Source: a candidate division WOR-3 bacterium
GTDB taxonomy: Bacteria; Hydrothermota; Tepidihabitantia; SM23-42; JAOAFX01
Direction of reading: 5' to 3'
DNA length: 42,597 bases
Assembly (NCBI GenBank): GCA_037444665.1
Contig: JBBILZ010000019.1
Span: forward strand, 1 to 42,597
Shown: piece by piece, positions 16,949 to 26,575 of the stretch
Layout of the letters: every line of letters starts with the position of its first letter
Numbering within the stretch: position 1 is the stretch's first letter
The notes under the pieces: generated by a model
Told to the model about the DNA's origin: nothing
Seen by the model: only the letters and a program-made list of their open reading frames with translations
The model's database searches: none
Program-made: the position numbers and the translations under genes

Positions 16949-17881
16949 ATGCAAAATGAACGAGTTTTTTTCCTCAAAAAAGTGATTGGTGTATTATATG
17001 GGAGTTGGTCTTCAGAAAGAGAGATTTCCATCGGTTCAGGCCAGACAGTTATTGAATCGCTTAAAAGGCAGGGTTTTCAGGTAAAAGGCATTGATGTGGA
17101 CCGGGATTTTATCAAAAAATTGAAGAATATAGACATTGCTTTTATTGCCCTGCATGGTAAACCAGGCGAAGATGGAGTTGTGCAGGGAATACTGGAATTT
17201 ATGGATATTCCTTATACTGGTTCGGGTGTTGTAGGTTCTGCGATTGGAATGGATAAGATAATTTCTAAGTATATATTTGAATCCCGTGGTATACCAACGC
17301 CACCATACTATTATGAAAAAGAGATTGATGTGGATAAAATTATTGAAAAACTTTCTTTGCCAGTTGTGATTAAGCCCAGGGCTGAAGGTTCAAGTGTGGG
17401 CGTATTCATTGTGGAAAACAGGGCGGAATTGGTCAAAAAAATAAAGACCATCAGAAATAAATACCCGGACATATTTTTTGAAAAATATATTCCTGGAATG
17501 ATGGCGACCTGCGGTATTCTTAATGAAGTGCCTTTGCCCATTCTTGAAATCGTGCCCAGGAAAAAGAAATTTTATGATTATAAATCCAAATATACAAAAG
17601 GGATGACAGAATATATTGTTCCGGCAAGGATTCCTGAAGAGCAATACAAAAAGACCCAGGCAATAGCATTGGCTGCACATCAAGCAATTGGTGCTTATGG
17701 TTTTTCCCGGGTTGATTTTGTATTTGATTTTGACCATACGCCATATGTCCTGGAAGTTAATACAATCCCTGGATTACTTCCTGAATCCAATCTGCCCCTT
17801 GAGGCAAGGGCGATTGGATTGAATTATGATGAACTGATATTTGAAATCCTTAAGACAGCATTGATAAGGGTTAAGAAGTAG
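16949..17881 (+). CDS. ddl: D-alanine--D-alanine ligase
   Basis: SEREIS, ALHG..GEDG, YTGSG, KP..EGSSVG, FYDY..KY, EVNTIPG. Confidence 0.96.
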   Translation: MQNERVFFLKKVIGVLYGSWSSEREISIGSGQTVIESLKRQGFQVKGIDVDRDFIKKLKNIDIAFIALHGKPGEDGVVQGILEFMDIPYTGSGVVGSAIGMDKIISKYIFESRGIPTPPYYYEKEIDVDKIIEKLSLPVVIKPRAEGSSVGVFIVENRAELVKKIKTIRNKYPDIFFEKYIPGMMATCGILNEVPLPILEIVPRKKKFYDYKSKYTKGMTEYIVPARIPEEQYKKTQAIALAAHQAIGAYGFSRVDFVFDFDHTPYVLEVNTIPGLLPESNLPLEARAIGLNYDELIFEILKTALIRVKK

Positions 17882-17892
17882 TAATCTGCGAA

Positions 17893-18828
17893 TTACATAA
17901 GTTCTTTATTATAAGCAAAGATACTGAAGATTCCACCAGTGTGGATGAAGATAACTCGCTTATAATTTTTCTTTTTTAAATCCTCAAGCATTCCATAAAA
18001 TGCCTTACCCGTATATACAGGCTCAAGAATGATTCCTTTTTTTGCAATATTTTTTATTGTTTTAATCTCTTCGGGATATGGTATGCCGTAGCCATCACCA
18101 ACAAAACCATCAATGAGATTGATTTCATTGTTCTGGATTTTAGACTTTAGATTAAATTTTGCGATTGCCTTATCACAGATTTCCGAAATTTTATTTTTAA
18201 AATATTCTACTGTATCACAGATTATTACACCATTTAAATCAATATCTAATTTTAGCAATTTTTTTCCTAATAATAATCCTGCATAGGTTCCACCCGAGCC
18301 TACAGCACAATAGATTGCTTCTATTTTGTTTTCTTTGATAAAGGTTTTCATTTCGCGTATACAATCAATATAACCGAGTGCACCAACCTCATTTGACCCG
18401 CCCTCAGGAATAATATATGACCGCTTGCCTTTTAATCTTTTTGCATAATCTGCCATTAATTCCATACGATGCTGGTATTCTTCAGGGGTGATAAATTTTA
18501 TATTCGCACCAAGGAGTTCATCAAGTAAGAGATTGCCGGTATGTTCTTCACCACCCTTTTTCCTCAATAACAAATGACATTCAAAACCAAAAATTTGTGC
18601 AAATGCCGCAGTTGTTCGGCAGTGATTGGATTGAACAGGACCACAGGTGAGCAATGTATCACACTTTTTATTTCTCGCATCAGCAATGAGATATTCAAGT
18701 TTGCGCGCCTTATTGCCCGAAACGAGCAAGCCATTCAGGTCATCGCGTTTCAAAAAAATACGAGATTTAGCAGGCAGTTCTCTGATTTCTTCAATCGGCG
18801 TCGGTTTTAATATTTTTGTTTTTTTCAT
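17893..18828 (-). CDS. D-cysteine desulfhydrase / ACC deaminase family PLP enzyme
   Basis: KRDDL...SGNKARKL, QSNH, PEGGS, GSGGT, LEPVYTGK, FIHTGG. Confidence 0.92.
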   Translation of the reverse strand: MKKTKILKPTPIEEIRELPAKSRIFLKRDDLNGLLVSGNKARKLEYLIADARNKKCDTLLTCGPVQSNHCRTTAAFAQIFGFECHLLLRKKGGEEHTGNLLLDELLGANIKFITPEEYQHRMELMADYAKRLKGKRSYIIPEGGSNEVGALGYIDCIREMKTFIKENKIEAIYCAVGSGGTYAGLLLGKKLLKLDIDLNGVIICDTVEYFKNKISEICDKAIAKFNLKSKIQNNEINLIDGFVGDGYGIPYPEEIKTIKNIAKKGIILEPVYTGKAFYGMLEDLKKKNYKRVIFIHTGGIFSIFAYNKELM

Positions 18829-20161
18829 ATATCTCCTTTGCTAATTTTAATCCCTCTTCTTTTGTTTTTATTTTACCCTCAAGTTGCATATCAAGTAGTT
18901 CCTGTAAAATTATTTTAAATATTGGTCCTGGTATCAGACCCAGGGCAATGAGGTCATAGCCGTCAATTAATCTTTCAATCTTTGGCTTTGCATCATCGGC
19001 CCGTTTTAATGCGAGCATTTTTAAAAATTTCTCTTCAAGGTGTTTGGTGTGACCTGCAGTTGCATAGCCATCTGCCCAGGCAAGCATCATTGCACCAAAA
19101 TAATCATCTCCTAAATCACGGAAAAATCTGCGGATTGCACGGTCTGTTAATTCGCCATTTGTTGCCAGCAAGTGTGGTCTCATATGTTCTTTTACCAGTT
19201 TCCTTACCATTGAAACATCGTTGCGCGAAAGTTTCAAACGTTTATAACCTAAAATTTCAACAATCTTTGCACCCTTTGTATCATGGCCATAAAAGTGCAC
19301 ATCTCCATTTTTTAACAAGAATGTATCAGGTTTTGCCACATCATGGAAAAGTGCGGAGAGTTTGAGGAGTGGCTTGCGGCGTTCAACAGAAAAATATTGA
19401 GAAAATTCTGGCTCCAGTGTCGTAAAAAATCCTTCCCTCATCAGTCTTTCAACTGCATAATAGGTATTGAGTGAATGCCCCCATAAAAAACTATCCTCAA
19501 TTATCTTTTTTGCCTCGGGAAAAATCTGGGACAGTAAGCCGAGTCCATTCATTTTCAATATCTGTTTATATGAATCAGGCACAGAGATTATTCTTATAAA
19601 TTCGTATCCAATTCTTTCTGCAGCAACATTCTTTAGATTTACCTGTTTTGCTTTTTTAAAAAATTTTTTATCAATCTTAAAATTTAACTCCAGGGCAAAT
19701 CTGAATGCCCGTAGCACACGGAGTGGGTCATCAATGAGTGTATCATCAGAAGTTAGACGGATTATTTTGTGTTTGAGGTCTTTTACACCACTAAAAGGGT
19801 CAAGGAACTCAAATGTATCCAAATCCACAGCCATTGCATTAATTGTAAAATCTCGTCTTCTCAGGTCCTTTAAGATATCGTCTTTATAGCCGACAAAATC
19901 ATAAATAATTTCATCTTTGACCACTCGTGCTTCATCATCTTTTTTGCTTAATAAAACAAAAGAGCCCTGAATTTTTTTTGCGACCCGACGGGCAAAATAT
20001 ACACCTGAGCCTTCAACTGTAAAATCATAATCCTTTGGTATTGTATCAAGCAGAATATCCCTTATGGTGCCACCGACAAGAAATAATTTCTGTCTCCGTT
20101 TCAGCACAGCAATCTGCTTGATGTATTGGTCTATCTTGACTCTTTCTATCAATTTTTCCAT
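18791..20161 (-). CDS. cca: CCA-adding / poly(A) polymerase family nucleotidyltransferase with HD domain
   Basis: LVGG.IRD, DYD, RRDFTINAMA, DDPLRVLRAFRF, HDVAKP, HF.GH. Confidence 0.88.
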   Translation of the reverse strand: MEKLIERVKIDQYIKQIAVLKRRQKLFLVGGTIRDILLDTIPKDYDFTVEGSGVYFARRVAKKIQGSFVLLSKKDDEARVVKDEIIYDFVGYKDDILKDLRRRDFTINAMAVDLDTFEFLDPFSGVKDLKHKIIRLTSDDTLIDDPLRVLRAFRFALELNFKIDKKFFKKAKQVNLKNVAAERIGYEFIRIISVPDSYKQILKMNGLGLLSQIFPEAKKIIEDSFLWGHSLNTYYAVERLMREGFFTTLEPEFSQYFSVERRKPLLKLSALFHDVAKPDTFLLKNGDVHFYGHDTKGAKIVEILGYKRLKLSRNDVSMVRKLVKEHMRPHLLATNGELTDRAIRRFFRDLGDDYFGAMMLAWADGYATAGHTKHLEEKFLKMLALKRADDAKPKIERLIDGYDLIALGLIPGPIFKIILQELLDMQLEGKIKTKEEGLKLAKEIYEKNKNIKTDAD

Positions 20162-20167
20162 CTACAT

Positions 20168-20244
20168 ATTTTATTCAGATAAAAGATTAAGTCAACGGAA
20201 CAAAAAATATTAAATGTTGACTTTAGACGAAATTTTGTTAAAAT
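20168..20244. promoter_or_regulatory. Divergent promoters for cca and parA
   Basis: Minus: TTGACT(20195-20190)-16-TAAAAT(20173-20168); plus: TTGACT(20217-20222)-16-TAAAAT(20239-20244). Confidence 0.72.
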
Positions 20245-20249
20245 AGTTT

Positions 20250-21008
20250 ATGCGAAAGATAGCAATCTGCAATCAAAAAGGTGGAGTGGGTAAGACCGCC
20301 ACTGCCGTGAATTTAAGTGCAGGGCTATCTCTTGCTGAGAAACGAACCCTGCTTGTTGATTTTGACCCACAGGCAAATGCCACAAGCGGGGTCGGTGTTG
20401 ATTATAAAAATTTAGAGATTTCAGTCTATGATTGTCTTTTTGATGCCACACTTATTCACCAGGCAATTATAAAAACAAAATGGCTCTATTTTTCAGTTCT
20501 GCCCTCAACACCTGACCTTGTTGGGGCTGAGGTTGAACTCGTTTCTGAAAATAATCGTGAGCAGAAACTGAAAACTGCACTTAGTTTGATTGATGGAGAA
20601 TATGATTTTGCAATCATTGATTGTCCACCTTCACTGGGCTTGCTCACGCTTAATGCCCTTGTTTCTTGTGATAGTGTTATTGTGCCTATTCAGTGTGAAT
20701 ATTATGCCCTGGAAGGGCTTGAAAAATTATTAAAGACATTGAAGACAGTAAAAGAGAATCTGAATCCAAATTTGAAAATAGAAGGCATCCTTTTGACTAT
20801 GTTTGATGCACGATTGAACCTTTCAAAGGATGTTGTAGAAGAGATTAAAAGCCATTTTGCTAATTCTGTTTTTGACACAATCATTCCCCGTTCTGTGCGT
20901 ATTGCTGAGGCACCATCATTTGGAAAGTCTGTATTGCATTATAATCTTTCTTCTTCGGGTGCCCAGGCATATTTACATTTAACAGAGGAGATTTTAAACC
21001 ATGCGTAA
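20250..21008 (+). CDS. parA: Chromosome partitioning ATPase ParA/Soj
   Basis: NQKGGVGKT, D.DPQAN, IIDCPPSLG, QCEYYALEG, EAPSFG. Confidence 0.96.
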   Translation: MRKIAICNQKGGVGKTATAVNLSAGLSLAEKRTLLVDFDPQANATSGVGVDYKNLEISVYDCLFDATLIHQAIIKTKWLYFSVLPSTPDLVGAEVELVSENNREQKLKTALSLIDGEYDFAIIDCPPSLGLLTLNALVSCDSVIVPIQCEYYALEGLEKLLKTLKTVKENLNPNLKIEGILLTMFDARLNLSKDVVEEIKSHFANSVFDTIIPRSVRIAEAPSFGKSVLHYNLSSSGAQAYLHLTEEILNHA

Positions 21009-21852
21009 AAGGGCACTTGGTAGAGGGATTGATGCCTTAATTTCTCAGGAAGAGAAGGTCGTTGTGCAGGAAGGTTTCAGAATGCTTCCGATTACAGATA
21101 TCAAACCAAACCCGTATCAACCACGGGAGAAAATTACTGAGGAGGGCTTAAAGGAATTGGTCAATTCAATCAAACAAAAAGGGATTATTGAGCCGATTAT
21201 TGTAAAAAAATGGAATAATCAATATATTCTTGCGGCGGGTGAGCGTAGATTTCAGGCAGCAAAACTTGCCGGATTGAAAGAGGTACCGGCAATTGTAAAG
21301 GACCTTTCTGAACAGGAATTATTAGAAATAGGATTGATTGAAAATTTACATCGCGAAGATTTGAACCCGGTTGAAGAAGCACTTGCCTATGAGCAATTAA
21401 ATAAAAAATTTAGCCTGACCCATGAACAGATTGCACAACTTGTAGGTAAGGACCGTTCCACAATCACCAATGTTTTACGACTTTTAACCCTGCCTGAGAA
21501 AATTAAAGAATATTTAAAAAAGGGTTTGCTCCAGGAAGGACATGCACGGGCGATTCTATCACTTAACAATGAAATACAGATGCTTCAGATTGCAGATAAG
21601 ATAGTTCAGGATAATCTTTCGGTCAGGGAGACGGAGAAACTTATCAAAAAATGGGCAAAGATACCAAAAATAAGGCCGGGTAAAGAAAAAGAACCGAATC
21701 TTTTAATCCTTGAAGATGAACTTTCAAAGATATTAAGAACAAAGGTGTCAGTTGAGTGGAAAAGAAACAAAGGTAGTATAACCATTTATTGCCTGAGCCT
21801 TGAAGATTTTAATCGCATTTATGAATTTTTGCGTAAAATTAAAAGAACTTAA
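21001..21852 (+). CDS. parB: Chromosome partitioning protein ParB/Spo0J
   Basis: LGRGIDAL, PNPYQPR, AGERR, IENL.REDL, EGHARA. Confidence 0.96.
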   Translation: MRKRALGRGIDALISQEEKVVVQEGFRMLPITDIKPNPYQPREKITEEGLKELVNSIKQKGIIEPIIVKKWNNQYILAAGERRFQAAKLAGLKEVPAIVKDLSEQELLEIGLIENLHREDLNPVEEALAYEQLNKKFSLTHEQIAQLVGKDRSTITNVLRLLTLPEKIKEYLKKGLLQEGHARAILSLNNEIQMLQIADKIVQDNLSVRETEKLIKKWAKIPKIRPGKEKEPNLLILEDELSKILRTKVSVEWKRNKGSITIYCLSLEDFNRIYEFLRKIKRT

Positions 21853-21894
21853 AGAATGAAAATAATTGATATGAAACAAAAAGGAGGCTATTAA

Positions 21895-22776
21895 ATGTAT
21901 CAAGGTTCGTATGTTGCAATAATTACGCCATTTAAAGATGACATACTTGATGAACAAGGATTGAAAAAAAATTTACGCTATCTTATTGATAATGGTTCTA
22001 ATGGTATTGTTGCCTGTGCTACTACTGGAGAGAGCCCGAATCTTGATGATGATGAATATGGAAAGGTGATAGAGATCTGTCTTGAGCAGACTGGAACCAG
22101 GATTCCAGTAATAGCCGGTGCAGGCACCAATTCAACCTCCAAGACAATTAAATTAATTCACCGGGCAGAGAAATTGGGAGTGCAGGGTCTATTGATTGTA
22201 ACTCCATACTACAATAAACCCACACAGCAAGGATTGTATCAGCATTATCGTGCGATAAGTAATGAGACGGATTTGCCCATAATTATCTACAATGTTCCTG
22301 GTCGCACGGGTGTTAATATCCTGCCGCAGACTGTGGCAAGGCTTGGCCGTGACTGCAAAAATATTGTTGCAATTAAAGAGGCAAGTGGTAACCTTGACCA
22401 GGTCTCTGAACTGGCAAGCCTTCTTGGCAATGATTTTGATATTTTATCAGGAGACGATTCTCTAACCTTGCCTATGCTGGCGATCGGTGCAAAGGGCGTG
22501 ATCTCAGTGATTGCCAATATCTTTCCTAAGGATGTGGCAAATATGTGTCGGCTATTTTTTGACAGCGAGATTGATGAGGCAAAAAAACTACATCTCAAAA
22601 TGTTTCCCGTCATAAAGGCACTACTCATTGAGACCAACCCCATACCTATTAAGAAGGCAATGGAATTGATGGGGCTTGCTGCGGGCAGTCCCAGATTGCC
22701 ACTTGTTCAGATGAGTGAAGAAAATGTAGCAATCTTGCGTAAGAAACTTATTGAATACGGACTGGAAATATGCTAA
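21895..22776 (+). CDS. dapA: 4-hydroxy-tetrahydrodipicolinate synthase
   Basis: TTGE, GAG.NST, PYYNKP, YNVPGRT, IKEASG, SGDD, NPIPIK. Confidence 0.96.
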   Translation: MYQGSYVAIITPFKDDILDEQGLKKNLRYLIDNGSNGIVACATTGESPNLDDDEYGKVIEICLEQTGTRIPVIAGAGTNSTSKTIKLIHRAEKLGVQGLLIVTPYYNKPTQQGLYQHYRAISNETDLPIIIYNVPGRTGVNILPQTVARLGRDCKNIVAIKEASGNLDQVSELASLLGNDFDILSGDDSLTLPMLAIGAKGVISVIANIFPKDVANMCRLFFDSEIDEAKKLHLKMFPVIKALLIETNPIPIKKAMELMGLAAGSPRLPLVQMSEENVAILRKKLIEYGLEIC

Positions 22777-23552
22777 AAATCGTGGTTTGCGGCACAGCAG
22801 GCAGGATGGGAAGGGAAATAATCAGTGCTGCTCAGAAGGATAATGGTATAAAGGTCATTGCCGGTGTAGAAGAAAAAGCGAATGCCTTTGTGGGCAAAAA
22901 GATTGAGGATGTTCCTGTTTTTGATGACATCCTGAAGGTAATTGAAAAATCTGATGCAGTTATAGAATTTACGAGCAGTAAGGCAACAATGGAGAACCTC
23001 AAAAAAACCGCAAAGTTTAGAAAGCCTTATTGTATTGGCACAACCGGATTTACTGAAAAAGAGATAAAACAGATAAAAATGTTTGCCAAAAAAATTCCCA
23101 TATTTTTAAGCCCGAATATGTCAGTAGGTGTGAATCACCTTTTTAATCTTGTTAAGAATACAGTTGAAATACTTCCTGAATATGATATTGAAATTGTTGA
23201 GACCCATCATCGGATGAAGAAAGATGCGCCATCTGGCACTGCCCTAAAAATCGCAAATGTGATAAAAAGAATCAGACCCGATGTTAAATTTATTTACGGC
23301 AGGCAGGGGTTGAAGGGAGAGCGAACTAAAAATGAAATTTGTATCAATGCAGTAAGGGGTGGTGATGTAGTTGGTGAACACAGGATATTATTTTTAGGAC
23401 AGGGTGAATTTCTTGAATTGCGACACTATGCTACAAGCAGACAGTGTTTTGCCTGGGGAACGATTCAGGCAGTTAAATTTCTCGCTAAACAGGGACCGGG
23501 TTTATATTCAATGGAAGACCTCTTAAAAAATATTTATGCTAAAATCCATTGA
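22770..23552 (+). CDS. dapB: 4-hydroxy-tetrahydrodipicolinate reductase
   Basis: G.AGRMG, GTTG, PNMS.G, ETHHRMKKDAPSGTA, RGGDVVGEH. Confidence 0.96.
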   Translation: MLKIVVCGTAGRMGREIISAAQKDNGIKVIAGVEEKANAFVGKKIEDVPVFDDILKVIEKSDAVIEFTSSKATMENLKKTAKFRKPYCIGTTGFTEKEIKQIKMFAKKIPIFLSPNMSVGVNHLFNLVKNTVEILPEYDIEIVETHHRMKKDAPSGTALKIANVIKRIRPDVKFIYGRQGLKGERTKNEICINAVRGGDVVGEHRILFLGQGEFLELRHYATSRQCFAWGTIQAVKFLAKQGPGLYSMEDLLKNIYAKIH

Positions 23553-23576
23553 CAGATTTGGCCAGAGTGATATAAT
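23549..23576 (+). promoter_or_regulatory. Sigma70-type promoter
   Basis: TTGACA-16 bp-TATAAT with TGn; AGGAGG before TTG 23605. Confidence 0.8.
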
Positions 23577-23604
23577 TAAAAAAAATTTTAAAAGGAGGTA
23601 AAAC

Positions 23605-24375
23605 TTGGTCTGGAAGAGCGGGATAAGTAAAATTGAGCCCAATCATATTGTGACCAGGGGGTATCGGCAGGAAGATTTGATTGGCAATGTGCCCTTTGCC
23701 TCGGTTTTTTTTCTGTTAATCAAGGGCAGGATGCCGGACCAGAAAGAGGCAAAAATGATTGATGCTATTATTACTTCGTCAATTGACCATGGAACAACGC
23801 CTCCTTCTTCCCATTCAGCAAGGGTTGTGGCATCTGCTGGCGTGCCGCTGCCTGCTGCAGTGGCAGCAGGAATCCTTGCGGTCGGTGATGTGCATGGTGG
23901 TGCAATTGAAGAATCTGCCCGGTTTTTGCAGGAATGGGTTAAGAAGATGAAAACAGAAAACTGGGATTATGAACAGACTGCCCGTAATCTGCTCAATACA
24001 CTAAAATCCGCAGGCAAATATATGCCTGGCTTTGGACACAGAATTCATACCCAGGACCCGAGAACAAAGAAACTTTTCCAGCTTGCTGATGAACTGAATA
24101 TTACTGGTGACCACATAAGATTGACCAGGGCAATTGAATCAGAATTTGCCAGAGCAAAACCATTGCCCGTGAATGTTGATGGCGCGATTGCAGCAATTAT
24201 TTCTGATATGGAATTTGATTGGCGTCTGGGCAAGGCATTCTTTTTGCTCGGCAGAACTGCAGGACTCATTGCCCATGTATATGAAGAGATGACCAGGGAA
24301 AAGCCAATGCGTCGGATGTGTGAACAAGAAGTGGAATATGATGGACCATGGGAACGGAACCTTGATAAATCCTAA
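23605..24375 (+). CDS. Citryl-CoA lyase / citrate synthase-like protein
   Basis: W.S.I...RGY, DHG.TPPS, HGGAIE, PGFGHR.H..DPR, NVDGAI, R.AGL.AH. Confidence 0.88.
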   Translation: MVWKSGISKIEPNHIVTRGYRQEDLIGNVPFASVFFLLIKGRMPDQKEAKMIDAIITSSIDHGTTPPSSHSARVVASAGVPLPAAVAAGILAVGDVHGGAIEESARFLQEWVKKMKTENWDYEQTARNLLNTLKSAGKYMPGFGHRIHTQDPRTKKLFQLADELNITGDHIRLTRAIESEFARAKPLPVNVDGAIAAIISDMEFDWRLGKAFFLLGRTAGLIAHVYEEMTREKPMRRMCEQEVEYDGPWERNLDKS

Positions 24376-24499
24376 ATCCGAAATACGAAATCCTAAACAA
24401 ATCCGAAATTACAAATTCAAATTTTCAGAATATTGTTTGTGGTTTTGGTCCATGGGATTTAAACATTGTTTAGAATTTAGAATTTCGAATTTCGTGCTT
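24367..24499. repeat. Heptamer tandem-repeat element with mirrored arms
   Basis: AAATCCT/AAATCCG/AAATACG/AAATCCT... followed by complementary TAGAATT/TAGAATT/TCGAATT/TCGTGCT. Confidence 0.8.
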
Positions 24500-24527
24500 A
24501 AACAAAGTAGACAAAGGCGATTTTAAT

Positions 24528-25772
24528 ATGCCCACCATCGTTGAAAAGATATTGGCGCGAGCATCAGGTAAAGCAAAGGTGGTGCCTAATGAAATTGTGA
24601 TGGCAAAGGTGGATGTAGCAATGTCGCATGAAAATGCGGATGTGGTTTTAAAGTCATTTCAGGAGATTGGTGTGGAAAGGGTCTGGGACCCGGAAAAGAT
24701 AGTGATTCTTTTTGACCACCGTATTCCTGCGGAATCAGAAAAATCTGCAACGACCCATAAAAGAATTAGAGAATTTGTTAAAGAGCAAGGTATCAAACAC
24801 TTTTATGACTTAAAAGAAGGTATATGCCATCAGGTTCTGCCTGAAATGGGCCATTGCCGTCCTGGTGAAATTCTCGTTGGGACCGATTCTCACACAACGA
24901 CCCATGGTGCCTTTGGCACATTTGCTACCGGGATTGGTGGCACAGAGATGGCTGGTGTCTGGGCAACTGGAGAACTATGGTTAAAAGTTCCTGAATCATT
25001 CAAAATAAAAGTTATGGGTAAATTTGCAAAATATGTTACAGCCAAGGATTTGATACTGTATATTATCGGGCAGTTAAAGGCAGATGGTGCGGATTACAAA
25101 TCAGTGGAGTTTTGTGGTCCGACCATTAGTGAAATGTCTGTTGCTTCAAGAATGGTGCTGACAAATCTCTCAATGGAGATGGGCGCAAAGAATGCCTTTG
25201 TTTTGCCAGATGAAAAGACGATTGAATTTGTTCGGAAAAGAACCGAAAAAAAATTTGCAGCGGTATTGCCGGATGAAGATGCTGAGTATTTAAAAACATT
25301 TGAGTTTGATGTGAGTAATTTAAGAGCCCAGATTGCCTGCCCCCATTCAGTTGATAATGTTAAGGCAGTTAAGGAAGTTGCTGGATTAAAGGTCCACCAG
25401 GTCCTTATTGGTTCCTGCACAAATGGCAGACTTGAGGATTTACAGGTTGCCGCAGAGATACTGGAAGGGAAAAAGGTTCATTCTGATGTTCGCTTGATTG
25501 TTATCCCAGCTTCAAGAGCAGTCTATCTTGAGGCATTAAAGGCAGGGTACATTGAAATATTTTTAAAGGCAGGTGCATTAATTCTCAATCCAGGTTGTGG
25601 CCCCTGTCTTGGAGCACATCAGGGTCTACTTGCAGCCGGAGAGGTCTGTCTGTCAACGACAAATCGGAACTTTAAAGGAAGGATGGGCAGTCCGGATTCA
25701 TTTATCTATCTTGCATCTCCGGCAACTGCAGCATTTTCCGCAATAAAAGGGGAGATAACAGAACCACTATGA
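24528..25772 (+). CDS. 3-isopropylmalate dehydratase / homoaconitase family large subunit
   Basis: FDH, GICHQ, DSHT, MEMGAK, GSCTNGR, CGPCLG, STTNRNFKGRMG; substrate not determinable. Confidence 0.93.
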   Translation: MPTIVEKILARASGKAKVVPNEIVMAKVDVAMSHENADVVLKSFQEIGVERVWDPEKIVILFDHRIPAESEKSATTHKRIREFVKEQGIKHFYDLKEGICHQVLPEMGHCRPGEILVGTDSHTTTHGAFGTFATGIGGTEMAGVWATGELWLKVPESFKIKVMGKFAKYVTAKDLILYIIGQLKADGADYKSVEFCGPTISEMSVASRMVLTNLSMEMGAKNAFVLPDEKTIEFVRKRTEKKFAAVLPDEDAEYLKTFEFDVSNLRAQIACPHSVDNVKAVKEVAGLKVHQVLIGSCTNGRLEDLQVAAEILEGKKVHSDVRLIVIPASRAVYLEALKAGYIEIFLKAGALILNPGCGPCLGAHQGLLAAGEVCLSTTNRNFKGRMGSPDSFIYLASPATAAFSAIKGEITEPL

Positions 25773-26068
25773 TTAAATTCCAAATCCCAAGTCACAATAA
25801 CCAAACAACACATAAAATCCAATATTTAAACCACCCTCTCCTTAGTCCTCCCCCTTTAAGGATTCTGTTGCAAAATTGTAGTTGCACGATTTATCGTGCA
25901 TTCGAAATACTGAAAATTCATTACATTTTTAGCCTCATAAATGAGGCAACTACAAAAACGACAAAATCTTCAAGGCAAGGACAGAGGTGGGGTATGTTTT
26001 GGGTTTTGGTCATTGGAATTTGTTTGGGATTTGGTTTTTGGATATTGGAGTTTTAGGTTATGATTAAA
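25768..26068. mobile_element. Nested composite repeat insertion flanked by a 10-bp direct repeat
   Basis: TATGATTAAA at 25768-25777 and 26059-26068; inside are heptamer arms, a split C/G-rich palindrome and a GTAG REP doublet. Confidence 0.75.
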
Positions 26069-26575
26069 GGTCGTGCTTACAAATTTGGCGATAACATAAA
26101 TACTGATGATATTTATCCGGGCCGTTATCTTTCTATTACTACAGACCGTGAAGAGATGGCAAAACATTGTTTTGAACTGGCATATCCAGATTTTTTGAAA
26201 AATGCAAAACCTGGCGATATCATTGTTGCTGGTAAAAATTTTGGTTGTGGTTCATCAAGGGAACAGGCCGCAACCTGTTTAAAATATTTTGGCATCAGTG
26301 CAGTCATTGCTGAATCATTTGCCCGCATATTTTATCGCAATGCAATAAATCTTGGCTTACCAATTTTGATCGCTCCTGAAATTACTAAAAAGATTAATCA
26401 TAATGATACCCTTGAAATTGATTTAAAAAAGGGTATAATAAAAAATATGGAAACATGGGAGACAATAAAAGTTCTGCCATTACCTCCATTCATTCTGGAA
26501 ATTCTCAATGAAAGGGGGTTAATACCATATTTGAGAAAAAAGATTGCAATTAAAAAAAAGGGGGAAAGTAGATGA
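26060..26575 (+). CDS. 3-isopropylmalate dehydratase / homoaconitase family small subunit
   Basis: GDNINTDDIYPG, GKNFGCGSSRE, SFARIFYRNAINLG. Confidence 0.93.
   Translation: MIKGRAYKFGDNINTDDIYPGRYLSITTDREEMAKHCFELAYPDFLKNAKPGDIIVAGKNFGCGSSREQAATCLKYFGISAVIAESFARIFYRNAINLGLPILIAPEITKKINHNDTLEIDLKKGIIKNMETWETIKVLPLPPFILEILNERGLIPYLRKKIAIKKKGESR

Noticed and set aside
16835..16954. N-terminal 40 codons of the 597-aa GH13 ORF
   Set aside because: They span two divergent promoters and overlap the ddl start; the signal-like N-terminus begins at 16834.
20250..21894. parS site near parAB
   Set aside because: No match to the TGTTTCACGTGAAACA-type palindrome was seen by eye.
25769..26056. 95-aa ORF between the dehydratase subunits
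   Set aside because: It is a translation of nested repeats (QIPS, PLLSPP, WILEF), not a plausible protein.
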